A stretch of 64,000 nt of DNA. Source: Gammaproteobacteria bacterium. Its GTDB lineage: Bacteria > Pseudomonadota > Gammaproteobacteria > UBA4575. Below the pieces are notes generated by a model. That model did not search any database, was not told where the DNA came from, and saw only the letters and a program-made list of their open reading frames with translations. The number at the start of each line of letters is the position of its first letter. The stretch's first letter is position 1. The position numbers and the translations under genes are program-made. The stretch spans positions 1,053,580 to 1,117,579 of the forward strand of contig CBDCUI010000009.1 of NCBI GenBank assembly GCA_965222615.1. Reading direction: 5' to 3'. This document shows positions 30,624 through 43,073 of this stretch, piece after piece.

Positions 30624-33600
30624 TTACTTTTCAGGTGAAGGTATTTGAAAAAATGTGGCATAAAAAACCGGGACTAAAATCATAGTAAGGATTGTACCGA
30701 AAGTTAGGCCACCCATGATTGTCACCGCTAATCCTATCCAAAATACATCTTGAATTAAGGGAATAACGCCGAGAACAGTTGTTGCTGCTGCTAGCACAAC
30801 AGGACGAAGGCGAGATAGAGCAGCTTGTATTACTGCTTTATATCGATCCATGCCTTCCTCAAGATACAAGTTAACTTGATCGAGAAGTACAACGGCATTT
30901 TTAATCATCATCCCCGATAAACTCATGGCACCAAGTAGTGCCACAAACCCAAATGCTGCGCCAGTACTTAATAACCCAATTGTCATTCCAATTACAACGA
31001 AAGGAATAATTAAAAATATTATAATTGGAGGTCGAAAGGCATTAAACAAAGCAACTACAATGAATAGCATTACCGCAACTGCAGGGATGACTCCGGGAAT
31101 GAGTGAAGCCTGCGCATCTCTAGAGTCTTCTAACTCCCCTCCCCATTCGATTTTATAGCCTTTAGGTATTTCTATAGCTTCGATTTCCCCTTTAACACTA
31201 GACATCAAGTTTTGCAAAGTAGCACCATGAATAGGGTTGGCTTGAACAGTTATCGTTCGACGTCGATCTCTACGCCAAATAACAGGGTCTTCCCATTTCG
31301 TAATGACATTATCCGTTACTTGCGACAGAGGAATCGTTTGCACTGAATTAGAGGGCTGCACTTGTAGTACATCTATACCACCAACATTTTCCCTATCTTC
31401 TTCTACATGTCTTAGCACTATGGGAATTAAATCGTCATCTTCACGATATAAACCAACCGTACGACCGTCAAACGCACGTTTCGTGGCGCGCGCAATATCT
31501 TCACGCCATATTCCTGACCACCGACCACGTTGTTCATTGTATTCGGGAACAATTTTTTGAATGCGTTGGCGCCAGTCAGTTTGATGCAAACCGCCAAATG
31601 GTGCTTCTTCAATTATTTGTTCAACTTGATTGGCTATCTGTCTTAACTTGTCGGGTGATGCATTACTCGGTCCACTAATGCGCAACTCAAATCTCCAAGT
31701 ATTACTAGGCCCAACACCAAATTTCCGCACTGGCATAATTGCTTCAGGATATTCTGACGCCAAGTATGAGTCATATTCTTTAACTAGGTCATTAATGTCC
31801 TTGAAGTCATTTACGTTAACGATTATTTGACCATAAGATGAATTGGGCTGTTCGGAGTCAACCGGCAAATAAAACCGTGGCGGGCCTGCACCGACAAAGG
31901 TTGAAACAGCTGCTACACGTTCATCTTTAAGAAGTTTCGCTTCTATTTCCTTAAGATCGCTAGAAGTTTGTTCAATTCTAGTGCCGGCAGGTGCCCAATA
32001 ATCGACTATAAATTTTTCCATAGAAGAGTCTGGGAAAAATAGTTGTTTGACGTTCCCGAATCCAATAAAAGCAATAATCAATAAAGCAATCATGCTCAAA
32101 ATGGTTAACAACCGATAGCGTATTGCTAACTCTAAAATGCTTTTAAACTTTACAAACAATCCACTAGCATATGGATCAGTAGAACCTTGACCATGTTTAG
32201 GTGCAGGTAACATGTCTATACATTGTAAGGGAGTCAACGTTACAGAAATTATCCAGCTTACTAGTAGTGATATAGCAACTACCGTAAAAAGCGTTCGACA
32301 ATACTCGCCAGCACTTTCTACTGAAGCAAATATTGGGTAGAACGCCATTACGGCAACCACTGTTGCACCTAATAAAGGCATTGCAGGTTGTGCTGCCGCC
32401 TCAATGGCTGCCTGTACTCGATCCATACCTTTTTGCAAACGCACTACAAACCCATCGGCGACCACTATGGCATTATCTACCATCATGCCAAGCGCGATAA
32501 TAAGTGCGCCAAGTGACATACGTTGCAAATCGATACCAAGTATTGCCATCAATACGAAGCTTGCAAGTATCGTAGCGACCAATGCAGTACCGATAATAAA
32601 TGCTAAACGCCAACCCATACCAATAGTTAACACAATAATTACAATTGCAACGGCCTCAAGAAAGTTTATTAAAAAACCGTTGACGGCTTCGGCAACTACA
32701 TCCCCTTGCCAATGAACGTGATTAATTTCAATTCCAATTGGTAATTGTGTAATCAACTCTTGTAAACGGGCATTTACGGCATTCCCCATTTCAACCACAT
32801 TTACCCCAGGCATATTACTAATTGCTAAACCTATCGCAGGTTCACCGTTAAATCGCATTTTATTTAAAGGTGGATCTCGATAACCTCGACGAACTGTACC
32901 GATGTCTTGAATTCGAATTAATTCTGTAGACTGTTCGAGTAAATTGCTTGTAGATGAGTTTTGTATCGACTCAGTAAGCGAAGGTTGAATAATTAAGTCT
33001 GCAATATCCTCGGGAGACTGAAATTCTCCAGTTGGCGCAATGCGTAACCTTCTATTTTGAACATTTACATAGCCTGCATCTACAACTGCGTTTTGTAAAC
33101 GCAAAGTATTTTCTAAGCTTGTGTCACTAATCCCAAGTGCTGAAAGCTGAGTTTCCGATGCATCAAGATATATAACTTTTTCTTGCACTCCCCATAAATC
33201 AACGCGTGCAACGCCTTTAACTAGGCTTAGTTCTTTCTTAAGCTCTTTTGCATATTTTTCAATCTCTGCATAACTGAACCCATCACCAACAATTGCAATA
33301 AAATGTCCAAAGACATCACCAAAATCATCATTGACAACTGGTTTTTCAGCGCCAGGAGGCAAATAGACTTCTGTATCACTAACTTTTCTACGCAGTTCAT
33401 CCCAAACTTGCGGAAGTCTATCTGCCCAGTATTGTTCCTGAACATTTACCTTAATAATAGAACGACCCGCACTTGAATTTGATTCTAGAAATTCAACTTG
33501 CTCAAGTTGTTGAATGGCGAGTTCAAGCCTATCCGTAACTTCTTCCTCAACCTCTTCTGGGCTTGCGCCAGGATATAAGGTGGTTACTACTGCAGTTTTA

Positions 33601-33725
33601 ATTGAAAAATCTGGATCTTCTAACTGACCCAGTCTAAAAAAGCTGGTAATTCCAGCTAATACGATGAGAAATGAGGCGAAATAAGTAACCGCTTTATTTT
33701 TTACTGCGACTTGAGCGAGTATCAC
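30624..33725 (-). CDS. RND efflux permease subunit (AcrB/AcrD/AcrF family)
   Basis: 1033 aa; GMMVDNAIVV, GMMIKNAVVL and RLRPVVL. Confidence 0.95.
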   Translation of the reverse strand: MILAQVAVKNKAVTYFASFLIVLAGITSFFRLGQLEDPDFSIKTAVVTTLYPGASPEEVEEEVTDRLELAIQQLEQVEFLESNSSAGRSIIKVNVQEQYWADRLPQVWDELRRKVSDTEVYLPPGAEKPVVNDDFGDVFGHFIAIVGDGFSYAEIEKYAKELKKELSLVKGVARVDLWGVQEKVIYLDASETQLSALGISDTSLENTLRLQNAVVDAGYVNVQNRRLRIAPTGEFQSPEDIADLIIQPSLTESIQNSSTSNLLEQSTELIRIQDIGTVRRGYRDPPLNKMRFNGEPAIGLAISNMPGVNVVEMGNAVNARLQELITQLPIGIEINHVHWQGDVVAEAVNGFLINFLEAVAIVIIVLTIGMGWRLAFIIGTALVATILASFVLMAILGIDLQRMSLGALIIALGMMVDNAIVVADGFVVRLQKGMDRVQAAIEAAAQPAMPLLGATVVAVMAFYPIFASVESAGEYCRTLFTVVAISLLVSWIISVTLTPLQCIDMLPAPKHGQGSTDPYASGLFVKFKSILELAIRYRLLTILSMIALLIIAFIGFGNVKQLFFPDSSMEKFIVDYWAPAGTRIEQTSSDLKEIEAKLLKDERVAAVSTFVGAGPPRFYLPVDSEQPNSSYGQIIVNVNDFKDINDLVKEYDSYLASEYPEAIMPVRKFGVGPSNTWRFELRISGPSNASPDKLRQIANQVEQIIEEAPFGGLHQTDWRQRIQKIVPEYNEQRGRWSGIWREDIARATKRAFDGRTVGLYREDDDLIPIVLRHVEEDRENVGGIDVLQVQPSNSVQTIPLSQVTDNVITKWEDPVIWRRDRRRTITVQANPIHGATLQNLMSSVKGEIEAIEIPKGYKIEWGGELEDSRDAQASLIPGVIPAVAVMLFIVVALFNAFRPPIIIFLIIPFVVIGMTIGLLSTGAAFGFVALLGAMSLSGMMIKNAVVLLDQVNLYLEEGMDRYKAVIQAALSRLRPVVLAAATTVLGVIPLIQDVFWIGLAVTIMGGLTFGTILTMILVPVFYATFFQIPSPEK

Positions 33726-33739
33726 AACTTTTCAGTCCT

Positions 33740-34882
33740 TTATTTTTCAAGTATTTTGACTTTTTGATTTTCACTTAAATAATTTACGCCCGCCGTTGCA
33801 ATCCATTCACCTGGTGTCAGCCCTTTAGTCACTCTTATACCGTGATCAGTCAAAGCACCTGTGGTAATTTCTCTACGGTTAACAATATTTGCATTCGTAT
33901 CTATCACCCAAACATAGGTTTTGTCTGATTCGCCTGTGGAAAATGTTGCGCTGATTGGAATCTCTACACCTTCTTGTCCCACTTCTTGAAGAATTTCGGG
34001 AGAAGTCATTTCTGCACGGACAGTTTTTCCTGCCATTCCAGGTAGAATCCTAATGTCAGTAGGCTGATCCATAATTAATGTGACGGGATACGTGCGCGTA
34101 GCAGTTGATGCCTCGGTACCAATTTCTTTTACAGTTGCTTCAAGCTCATGGTCTGGAAATGTATCAAATATGACATACACTTTTTCTACATGGGGCGCGT
34201 ATGAAATCAAGTTTTCCGGAACATTCACAACCATTTCAATTCTTGTATCATCAAGTATTCTAAGTATGGCTTGTTTGGCATTAACGTCTTCAAAATTTTC
34301 TACATAAGTTGATACAACCACTCCATCAAATGGAGCTTTTAGAAAAGAATACTCTAATTGGTTTTGCGCTGAAGTTAGCGAGGCTTGTAAAGATTTAATA
34401 TTTGCAGTAGCACGATCACGTTCTTCACGTTTGCGATCGACTGCTGCTTTACTCGTCGCGCCCGGTTCTTGCTTTAGAATATTAAGTTCTCTTTGGTAAT
34501 CGTTTGCCGCTCTTCGGTAGGCAGCTTGTGCTTCTTGAAGCTGTCCCTCGACCGCATCGACATTGATTTTAAAATCGCGCGGATCAATTCGTGCTACTAC
34601 ATCACCAGCCTTAACATCATCACCTACTTTTACCGGTAGGGTAATTAAAGGGCCCGATACTCTAAATGCTAAATCAACTTCTTGAGTTGCTTGGGCACGG
34701 CCCGGAAACGTGCGTCTACCAATTTGCTCAATATCGGAGACTTGCATCGCCAGCACCGGACGAATAACTTCTTTCTCCTCAGCTTCTTGCTCGGAACAAC
34801 TAAACAAAAAAATTGTAAATGCTAATACTAAAACAGATTTTAGTAGCCGAAAGATATGCGGTTTGTTTATAGTTATTAACAT
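33740..34882 (-). CDS. RND membrane fusion protein
   Basis: Lipobox, LAFRVSG..LPVKVGD, LKAPFDG and LPGM. Confidence 0.94.
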   Translation of the reverse strand: MLITINKPHIFRLLKSVLVLAFTIFLFSCSEQEAEEKEVIRPVLAMQVSDIEQIGRRTFPGRAQATQEVDLAFRVSGPLITLPVKVGDDVKAGDVVARIDPRDFKINVDAVEGQLQEAQAAYRRAANDYQRELNILKQEPGATSKAAVDRKREERDRATANIKSLQASLTSAQNQLEYSFLKAPFDGVVVSTYVENFEDVNAKQAILRILDDTRIEMVVNVPENLISYAPHVEKVYVIFDTFPDHELEATVKEIGTEASTATRTYPVTLIMDQPTDIRILPGMAGKTVRAEMTSPEILQEVGQEGVEIPISATFSTGESDKTYVWVIDTNANIVNRREITTGALTDHGIRVTKGLTPGEWIATAGVNYLSENQKVKILEK

Positions 34883-34940
34883 TGAACCTTCCTTTACCGG
34901 TGTTATTAAAATTTAAACACACTGTTCAAATTTATAGATA

Positions 34941-36509
34941 TTATTCCGCTAAAATTTTCCCCCAGTCTGTTCTTTTTCGCATCGTGTCTTTGGTATCTTC
35001 AGGCACAAATTCATTTTCCTTACGAATTTGCCAACCTCCCCCAAGAGCTTTGTACATAGCGATGAGGTTGGTTGCAATAACACCACGTGTCTGTGTCCAG
35101 ACATCTTGTTGATTGACTAAAGAAGTCTGGGTATCAATAACACGTTGGTAGTCTTCAACACCGTCGCGATATTGAATAAGCGCAAGTTCAACGGAACGTT
35201 CTGCAGCCTCAACGCTCTCTCGCAAAAATCCTTCTGCTTCTTGTGCTTGCAAGAAGCCCACCATAGCATCTTCTACTTCACGGGCAGCAGTCAAAACCGT
35301 ATCTTGATAACTGACAATTAGCTGTTGGAAGCGCGCGTCCTGTACACGCACCTGATTTTTAATACGGCCGTAATTAAATATATTCCAGCTAAACGATGGA
35401 CCACCAAAAAACTCCAGGCTATCGCCTTCAAATAATTCATCTGCACCATCCTTTCCCGTTCTTGTAGTATTTGTACCACCACTTGATTTCAGCCCCAAAG
35501 AACCGGTTAAAGAAAAGCTTGGGTATAGGTCGGCCTTAGCTACGCCGATTAACGCACTTTGAGATGCAGCTTCTAACTCGGCCCTGCGTATGTCCGGTCT
35601 TCTGCGCAATAATTCTGCGGGAATTCCCGCTGTAACTTCAGATGGCGCAATGGGAATTTCATTTATTGCTTGCAAAATGCCATCTAATTCACTTGGTGGC
35701 TTGCCCAATAGAGTACTCAGCGCATGTCTCGCTTGTCGATCACCGGATTTAAGTTGCGGAATTGTCGCTTGTGTATTGCGTAATAGTGTCTTTGCTTGCT
35801 GTACATCAAGCTCAGTAGTTGCGCCATTTTGAAAACGTACTTGCGTAATTCTCAAACTACGCTTTTGCAGTTCGACGTTTTCTTCAGCCAACTGTATACG
35901 TTTCTCAAATGTTCGAATCGTCACATAGGCATTTGCGACTTCTGCCAATAAACTCACCAAAAAATCATCATAAGTCGCCATATTCGCCAACAAACTTGCA
36001 TCGGCTGATTCAACACTTCGCTTAAATTTCCCCCAAAAGTCTAATTCCCATGCAGCATCAAATCCCGCGTCGTAATCCCAGTAATTCAAATCACCCTGAA
36101 AAGAATTCGCAGAATTTTCACTGCGAGTATTATAAGTGGCACCACCTCTTGCTTGTTGCACTTGTGGATAAAGATTTCCTACCGCAATTCCCAATTGCGC
36201 ACGCGCCTCAAGTACACGTAATCCAACTACTTGTAAGCTTAAATTTTGCTTATATGCTGAAGCAATTAATGAATCTAGAACAGGGTCATTAAAAACTCTC
36301 CACCATTGAGCAAAATCATCAGAATCAGATCTTAGTTTAGGATTTTCAATATCAATCCATTCATCAGATACCTTTGCTTTAGGCGTTTCAAAGTCGGGAC
36401 CAACTTTTGCGCAAGCATTGAGGAGTAAACTAACCAGTGCTACCAAGAAAACAACTCTCGTTGTTAAAGCTAGTTCATAAGTAAACAAAATAAATTTCAT
36501 GGTAAACAC
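34941..36509 (-). CDS. RND outer membrane factor lipoprotein (NodT/OprM family)
   Basis: LNAC lipobox, WWRVFNDP.L, WELDFWG, LLRRRPDI and LYKALGGGW-like ending. Confidence 0.94.
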   Translation of the reverse strand: MFTMKFILFTYELALTTRVVFLVALVSLLLNACAKVGPDFETPKAKVSDEWIDIENPKLRSDSDDFAQWWRVFNDPVLDSLIASAYKQNLSLQVVGLRVLEARAQLGIAVGNLYPQVQQARGGATYNTRSENSANSFQGDLNYWDYDAGFDAAWELDFWGKFKRSVESADASLLANMATYDDFLVSLLAEVANAYVTIRTFEKRIQLAEENVELQKRSLRITQVRFQNGATTELDVQQAKTLLRNTQATIPQLKSGDRQARHALSTLLGKPPSELDGILQAINEIPIAPSEVTAGIPAELLRRRPDIRRAELEAASQSALIGVAKADLYPSFSLTGSLGLKSSGGTNTTRTGKDGADELFEGDSLEFFGGPSFSWNIFNYGRIKNQVRVQDARFQQLIVSYQDTVLTAAREVEDAMVGFLQAQEAEGFLRESVEAAERSVELALIQYRDGVEDYQRVIDTQTSLVNQQDVWTQTRGVIATNLIAMYKALGGGWQIRKENEFVPEDTKDTMRKRTDWGKILAE

Positions 36510-36766
36510 TAATGATAAATACGGAGTTTATAAGCAGTTTAACAACTCTTACAAAAATCTAATCTGTTATTAATATCTATCTTACAGTATGCGATTAAGT
36601 GTTTTATTCACTTTTTGAGAATGTTAAGCAGTTTATGTAGTCAAAATTCAGTCCATATTCCCTCTTATGGACCTATTTTAGATTGGTTTTTACTTTCTTT
36701 ATTATTATTTGACCAGTGTTGATCAATTATTCAATATAAACTAAAACAAAATGCTTAAAAGGTTAT

Positions 36767-38200
36767 TTACTTTAGTTTTTCCTTTAGCAGCTTGTTCACT
36801 TGTTGGGGATTGGCCTTGCCCTTGGAGAGCTTCATCACTTGGCCCACAAAAAAACCGAACACCTTATCTTTACCTGATTTGTATTGCTCTACTTGACTTG
36901 GATTATCTGCAATGACTTGCTCAACTAGCGCCTCAATCTCGCTACTATCGGTAATTTGTTTTAAGCCTTTTGCTTCAATAATTTCGTCAACACCGCCTTC
37001 GCCTGACCAAATGGCTTGAAATACTTCTTTGGCAATTTTTCCAGAGATTGTGCCATCTCCAACGCGATTCAAGAGTTTAGCTAACATTGAAGACGATACA
37101 GGGCTGTTTGCAATATCGAGATTATCTTGATTAAGTGCTGCGCTAAGTTCACCTAACACCCAATTAGCAGCAAGTTTTGCGTTACCATTTAAATGCTTAA
37201 CAGTTTGTTCAAAATACTCTGCAGTTTCTTTATCTAACACAAGATTTCCGGCATCGTAATCGTTTAGGCCATAGTCTTGTTTAAAACGAATAATTTTCTC
37301 ATCGGGCAACTCTGGAAGACTATTTTTAATGTTCTCTAGATTCTCGCTATCTATAACTACAGGTAACAGATCGGGATCAGGAAAATAACGATAATCGTTT
37401 GCCTCTTCTTTAGAACGCATAGAACGAGTTTCATCTTTACTGGCGTCATACAAACGTGTTTCTTGTACAACTTCTCCACCTTCTTCTAACAAATCGACTT
37501 GTCTTTCAATCTCATAATTGATGGCGCGTTCGACAAAACGAAACGAATTTAGGTTTTTGGTTTCAGTACGTGTGCCAAATTCTGATTGATCTTTAGGACG
37601 TATGGATACGTTTGCATCACATCGGAACGAACCTTCTTGCATATTACCGTCGGAAATACCTAAATAACGCACAATAGAATGAATTTTTTTCATATAGGCA
37701 ACCGCTTCTTCAGCCGAACGCATATCGGGCTCCGATACGATTTCAATCAACGGCGTACCGGCACGATTTAGATCAATACCGGTAAAATCAGGAAACTCTT
37801 CGTGCAAAGATTTACCGGCATCCTCTTCCAGATGTGCACGGGTGATGCCTATTGTCTTACGTTCACCATCATTCAATACGATTTCAAGCGAACCCTTTTC
37901 TACAATGGGCAATTCATACTGACTAATTTGGTAGCCTTTTGGTAAATCGGGGTAAAAATAGTTTTTTCGTGCAAAGATAGAGCGTTTGGCAATGGTTGCA
38001 TTCACAGCCAAACCAAACATTGCAGCCATGTTGACAGCTTGCCGATTTAATACTGGCAAAACCCCTGGCAATCCTAGATCAACTGCACAGGCCTGTGTAT
38101 TGGGCTCTGCACCAAAAGCAGTTGATGCAGCAGAAAATATCTTGCTCTGTGTCGCAAGCTGCACATGTATCTCTAAGCCGATGACGGGTTCCCACTGCAT
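36767..38200 (-). CDS. gatB: Asp/Glu-tRNA amidotransferase subunit B
   Basis: [27 protein letters not shown] and YRYFPDPDL. Confidence 0.98.
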   Translation of the reverse strand: MQWEPVIGLEIHVQLATQSKIFSAASTAFGAEPNTQACAVDLGLPGVLPVLNRQAVNMAAMFGLAVNATIAKRSIFARKNYFYPDLPKGYQISQYELPIVEKGSLEIVLNDGERKTIGITRAHLEEDAGKSLHEEFPDFTGIDLNRAGTPLIEIVSEPDMRSAEEAVAYMKKIHSIVRYLGISDGNMQEGSFRCDANVSIRPKDQSEFGTRTETKNLNSFRFVERAINYEIERQVDLLEEGGEVVQETRLYDASKDETRSMRSKEEANDYRYFPDPDLLPVVIDSENLENIKNSLPELPDEKIIRFKQDYGLNDYDAGNLVLDKETAEYFEQTVKHLNGNAKLAANWVLGELSAALNQDNLDIANSPVSSSMLAKLLNRVGDGTISGKIAKEVFQAIWSGEGGVDEIIEAKGLKQITDSSEIEALVEQVIADNPSQVEQYKSGKDKVFGFFVGQVMKLSKGKANPQQVNKLLKEKLK

Positions 38201-38228
38201 AAGTTCAATCTCTATATCTTAAATCCTA

Positions 38229-38359
38229 GGAAGCTCTGATTTATTAATAAAATGACTGAGATTAGGCAAAATGATTTCGAAAAAACGGAGTGTATATATA
38301 CATACATGAGTATTTTGAGAAATCATTTTAACGCCATATCAGAATAAATCAGAGCTTCC
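38229..38359. mobile_element. 131-bp MITE-like element between gatA and gatB
   Basis: Perfect 17-bp terminal inverted repeats ggaagctctgatttatt/aataaatcagagcttcc, an inner inverted repeat aaaatgatttc/gaaatcatttt, and no ORF. Confidence 0.75.
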
Positions 38360-38363
38360 CAAC

Positions 38364-39815
38364 CTATTCAAAGCCTGGTGGGGATTGCTCATGCCAATCC
38401 GTATCGAGTTGATATTGGTGTGCAAAATTTAGCAACTTTTCTTCTTCAAAATAATTGCCAATCAGTTGCATGCCTACTGGTAGCTCGCCATGTCTTCCAC
38501 AAGGAACAGAAATTGCCGGCAACCCTGCCAAGTTAATTGAAATGGTGTAGATATCAGACAGGTACATCGTAACGGGATCATTCACCTTTGCACCAATTTT
38601 AAAGGCCGGTTCCGGTGTAGTAGGACCGATTATTATATCTACGTCTTCAAAAGCTTTTTTAAAATCTTCACTGATGAGTCTTCGAATCTGTTGTGCTTTT
38701 AAGTAATAGGCGTCGTAATAACCCGCCGATAGCGCATAAGTGCCTATCATGATGCGACGTTTCACTTCTGCACCAAAGCCTTCGCTGCGACTTCTGATAT
38801 ATAAATCTTGTAGATCTTTAGGCTCATCGCAACGATGCCCATAACGTACACCATCAAAACGCGCTAAGTTTGAAGAGCATTCTGCTGGTGCAATGACATA
38901 ATAAGCCGGAATTGCAAGCTCGGTATTAGGCAAGTTGATATTTTTAATTTCACAACCTTGTTGTTCATACCAACTTATCGCTGTATTAATAATGTCTTTT
39001 ACTGCAGCACTTAAACCAGCACTGAAATATTCATCTGGAATTCCGATTACTTTGCCTTGCAGCGATACATCCAAAGTTTGTAAATAATCTGGAACGGGTC
39101 GATCAATACTGGTCGAATCCCTTGTATCAAAACCTGCCATGGCCTGTAATAAATAGGCGCAGTCTTTTGCTGACTTAGCAAACGGCCCGCCCTGATCCAG
39201 GCTGGATGCATAAGCAATCATGCCATAGCGAGACACTCTGCCGTAGGTTGGCTTCAATCCAGTAACACCACACAGTGCGGCGGGCTGGCGTATAGATCCT
39301 CCCGTATCGGTACCCGTTGCCATGGGTACCATGCGTGCAGCTATAGCTGCGGCAGATCCACCTGAAGATCCACCCGGCACACAATCTATATTCCATGGAT
39401 TTTTAACCGGCCCGTAATAACTGGTTTCATTCGATGAGCCCATTGCAAACTCATCCATGTTTGTTCTGCCTAATACAACACAACCAGCTTGATCAAGCTT
39501 TTCTACAGCAGTCGCGTTATAAGGCGCGTAAAAATTATCTAATATCTTCGAACCACAAGATGTCTTCACTCCATACATACAAAATATATCTTTATGTGCA
39601 AGTGGAATACCAGTTAGTGGACCATGTTGCTTTTCTTTAATTAATTTATCTGCATTGCTTGCTTGTAAAATAGCGCGCTCACCTAGCTCAGTAATAAATG
39701 CGTTTAAGTCACTAAATTTTTGCATGCGATCAATAAAGTGTTGAGTAATTTCAACACTCGAAAAATCGCCATTACTTAAACCCGCAGCAAGTTGTGAAAC
39801 AGATAATTCGTGCAT
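38364..39815 (-). CDS. gatA: Asp/Glu-tRNA amidotransferase subunit A
   Basis: Amidase signature [11 protein letters not shown] and [12 protein letters not shown]; EVKRRIMIG. Confidence 0.98.
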   Translation of the reverse strand: MHELSVSQLAAGLSNGDFSSVEITQHFIDRMQKFSDLNAFITELGERAILQASNADKLIKEKQHGPLTGIPLAHKDIFCMYGVKTSCGSKILDNFYAPYNATAVEKLDQAGCVVLGRTNMDEFAMGSSNETSYYGPVKNPWNIDCVPGGSSGGSAAAIAARMVPMATGTDTGGSIRQPAALCGVTGLKPTYGRVSRYGMIAYASSLDQGGPFAKSAKDCAYLLQAMAGFDTRDSTSIDRPVPDYLQTLDVSLQGKVIGIPDEYFSAGLSAAVKDIINTAISWYEQQGCEIKNINLPNTELAIPAYYVIAPAECSSNLARFDGVRYGHRCDEPKDLQDLYIRSRSEGFGAEVKRRIMIGTYALSAGYYDAYYLKAQQIRRLISEDFKKAFEDVDIIIGPTTPEPAFKIGAKVNDPVTMYLSDIYTISINLAGLPAISVPCGRHGELPVGMQLIGNYFEEEKLLNFAHQYQLDTDWHEQSPPGFE

Positions 39816-39869
39816 GAAAATTTAATTATTCTGAAAATATAAATTCTATTAGAGGAGAATAAATAATAG

Positions 39870-40157
39870 TTACTCAATAACTTTAGGCACAAGGTACAAA
39901 CCTTTATCTGCACTTGGTGCAATAGTTTGAAATTTCTCTCGTTGATTGGTTTCCGTAACCTTATCTTCTCGTAAACGCTGTGTAACATCCTGAGAATGTG
40001 CCATAGGTTCGATCCCTTGCGTATTGACTTTATTCATTTGATCTACCAAGGACATAATATTGGACAGATCTTTTGCATATTGCTCAAGCTCAGCTTCACT
40101 GATTTGTAGTTTTGCCAACTGAGCAATTTTTAGGACTTCTTCAGGTGAAATTGTCAT
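39870..40157 (-). CDS. gatC: Asp/Glu-tRNA amidotransferase subunit C
   Basis: IAQLAKL, LRED and YLVPKVIE. Confidence 0.96.
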   Translation of the reverse strand: MTISPEEVLKIAQLAKLQISEAELEQYAKDLSNIMSLVDQMNKVNTQGIEPMAHSQDVTQRLREDKVTETNQREKFQTIAPSADKGLYLVPKVIE

Positions 40158-40376
40158 ATCTATTTTGTCAATTTATAAATCTAGTAATGAATAAAACCAT
40201 GATGCATTCATGGCGAGAGCGATCACCCGCCATCCAATCGACCCATAACTGGCAAAAGCGGCACCACAAGGCTTTATTATGAGCGGCACAAACTATCACA
40301 CTTAATGTCTTGCCCAAAATTTAGGCCACTGTTAGAGTACATCTTCTTGCGAAATAAGAAGTCATTCATTTAATAG

Positions 40377-41426
<1,050 letters not shown>

Positions 41427-41519
41427 ATTTGCCAGACTTTTACGCTGACGAATAATAGTTGATTCGTTATCATTAGCAGCCAGTTACTGTAACCGGGTCA
41501 TTCTCAGGGAGTATTTGCT

Positions 41520-42395
41520 ATAAAACCGCTGTTTACTCTTGGCCCCTCGGTCTCAACTAAATTGATAATCTTAGTGATCGTGTCCATCGCCATGATGACC
41601 GTTGATCACCACTTCAATCATTTACGTACAGTACGCTCTACTATAGCAGTGGCAATGTATCCGATTGAGTATTTGGCTGGTTTACCTGCAAAAGTTTACA
41701 ACTGGAGTACCGAATCTTTTTCTGCACGCAATAAACTTTTGAGCGAGAATGCCAACCTCCGTGCGGAACAAATTCGCCTTGAACTTCAGTTACAAAAACT
41801 TGCTACCCTAGAACAAGAAAACACACGTTTACGCGAATTGCTCTCTTCGGCAAAGTATTTTGAGAAAGAACGTTTACTCATAGCCGAACTCCTATCTGTT
41901 GATCTAGATCCTTTTCGTCACCGTATTGTGCTAAATAAAGGCACGCGGGATGGCGTGTATGAAGGACAACCACTACTTGGTGCAAAAGGTATTATTGGAC
42001 AAATTGACAAAGTCGGGCCTTTTAATTCAGTTGCTATATTAGTTTCAGATCCGAATCATGCTTTATTAGGTGTTGTGGCACGCAGTGGGCAACGTAGCCT
42101 AATAGTGGGTACAGGCAATATTGATAAACTTGAATTGTTGCATGTCACCAACACTGCAGATATCAATATTGGTGACTTAGTGATTACCTCCGGTTTGGAC
42201 GAACGCTATCCAACAGACTACCCTGTTGCCGAAGTAACTAGTATTCAACAAGTTGCCGGAGAAGCATTTACGAAAGTAGAAGCAAAACCCTTAGTGGACT
42301 TAAATACGATTCGTGAAGTATTACTGATATGGCCTAGTGGAAAAGAAGCAAACTTCGCCGCTAATCAAGATAATCAAGATCAGTCGTTGCAGTGA
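41520..42395 (+). CDS. mreC: Rod shape-determining protein MreC (probable ATA start at 41520; ORF track start 41562)
   Basis: ENTRLRELL, LNKG..DGV and ITSGL; in-frame upstream extension IKPLFTLGPS preceded by AGGGAG. Confidence 0.93.
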   Translation: MKPLFTLGPSVSTKLIILVIVSIAMMTVDHHFNHLRTVRSTIAVAMYPIEYLAGLPAKVYNWSTESFSARNKLLSENANLRAEQIRLELQLQKLATLEQENTRLRELLSSAKYFEKERLLIAELLSVDLDPFRHRIVLNKGTRDGVYEGQPLLGAKGIIGQIDKVGPFNSVAILVSDPNHALLGVVARSGQRSLIVGTGNIDKLELLHVTNTADINIGDLVITSGLDERYPTDYPVAEVTSIQQVAGEAFTKVEAKPLVDLNTIREVLLIWPSGKEANFAANQDNQDQSLQ

Positions 42396-42877
42396 ATAGC
42401 TCATCAAAATTTTTCATTATAAGCGTGACATTTATTGTGGCCATGATATTGATGTTGATGCCTTTACCCGAATGGGCCCGACCATATCGTCCTGAGTGGT
42501 TGGTACTTGCATTAATTTATTGGAGTATGACAATGCCGAAAAATGTTGGCGTTGGCATTGCCTGGATGCTTGGACTCTGTGTAGACGTTATACAAGGCGC
42601 ACTATTGGGTCAACATGCACTAGGATTTGCACTGACCGCTTACATTGCAATTCGTTTTCATCAACGAGTCCGCAATTATCCATTACATCAACAAGCTATG
42701 TTTGTAGGCATGATTTTGTTACCTTATATGAGCATCTCTCTCTGGATCTTAGGCATTCTAGGCGAAGATCCAAAATCCTGGTTATATTGGGCTCCCGTCG
42801 TAACAAGTGTAATAGTGTGGCCCTGGATTTATCTTGTGTTACGTGCAGTTGGTAGAAACCTATCGATCTATCGATAA
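42392..42877 (+). CDS. mreD: Rod shape-determining protein MreD
   Basis: RPEWLVLALIYW and G.LLGQHAL; overlaps the mreC stop. Confidence 0.95.
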   Translation: MNSSSKFFIISVTFIVAMILMLMPLPEWARPYRPEWLVLALIYWSMTMPKNVGVGIAWMLGLCVDVIQGALLGQHALGFALTAYIAIRFHQRVRNYPLHQQAMFVGMILLPYMSISLWILGILGEDPKSWLYWAPVVTSVIVWPWIYLVLRAVGRNLSIYR

Positions 42878-43073
42878 TTGTTATTTTTATAACAGAAATA
42901 AACGCATTTATTAATACAATTAAATATTGATTGACCTAAACATAAATTTCTTAATAAATTTTTAAGAGTTCAATGTTTTTTTGAAATTTATATCGACTAT
43001 AGCTAATACACAGACATTATCGAATTAAGAGTTACATTAGGATTAGAATAAAGAAAATTTAGGTAAATACGTA

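Noticed and set aside
30624-36509. RND tripartite efflux operon as a novel system
   Set aside because: Standard OMF-MFP-RND arrangement with nothing unusual visible; substrate cannot be inferred
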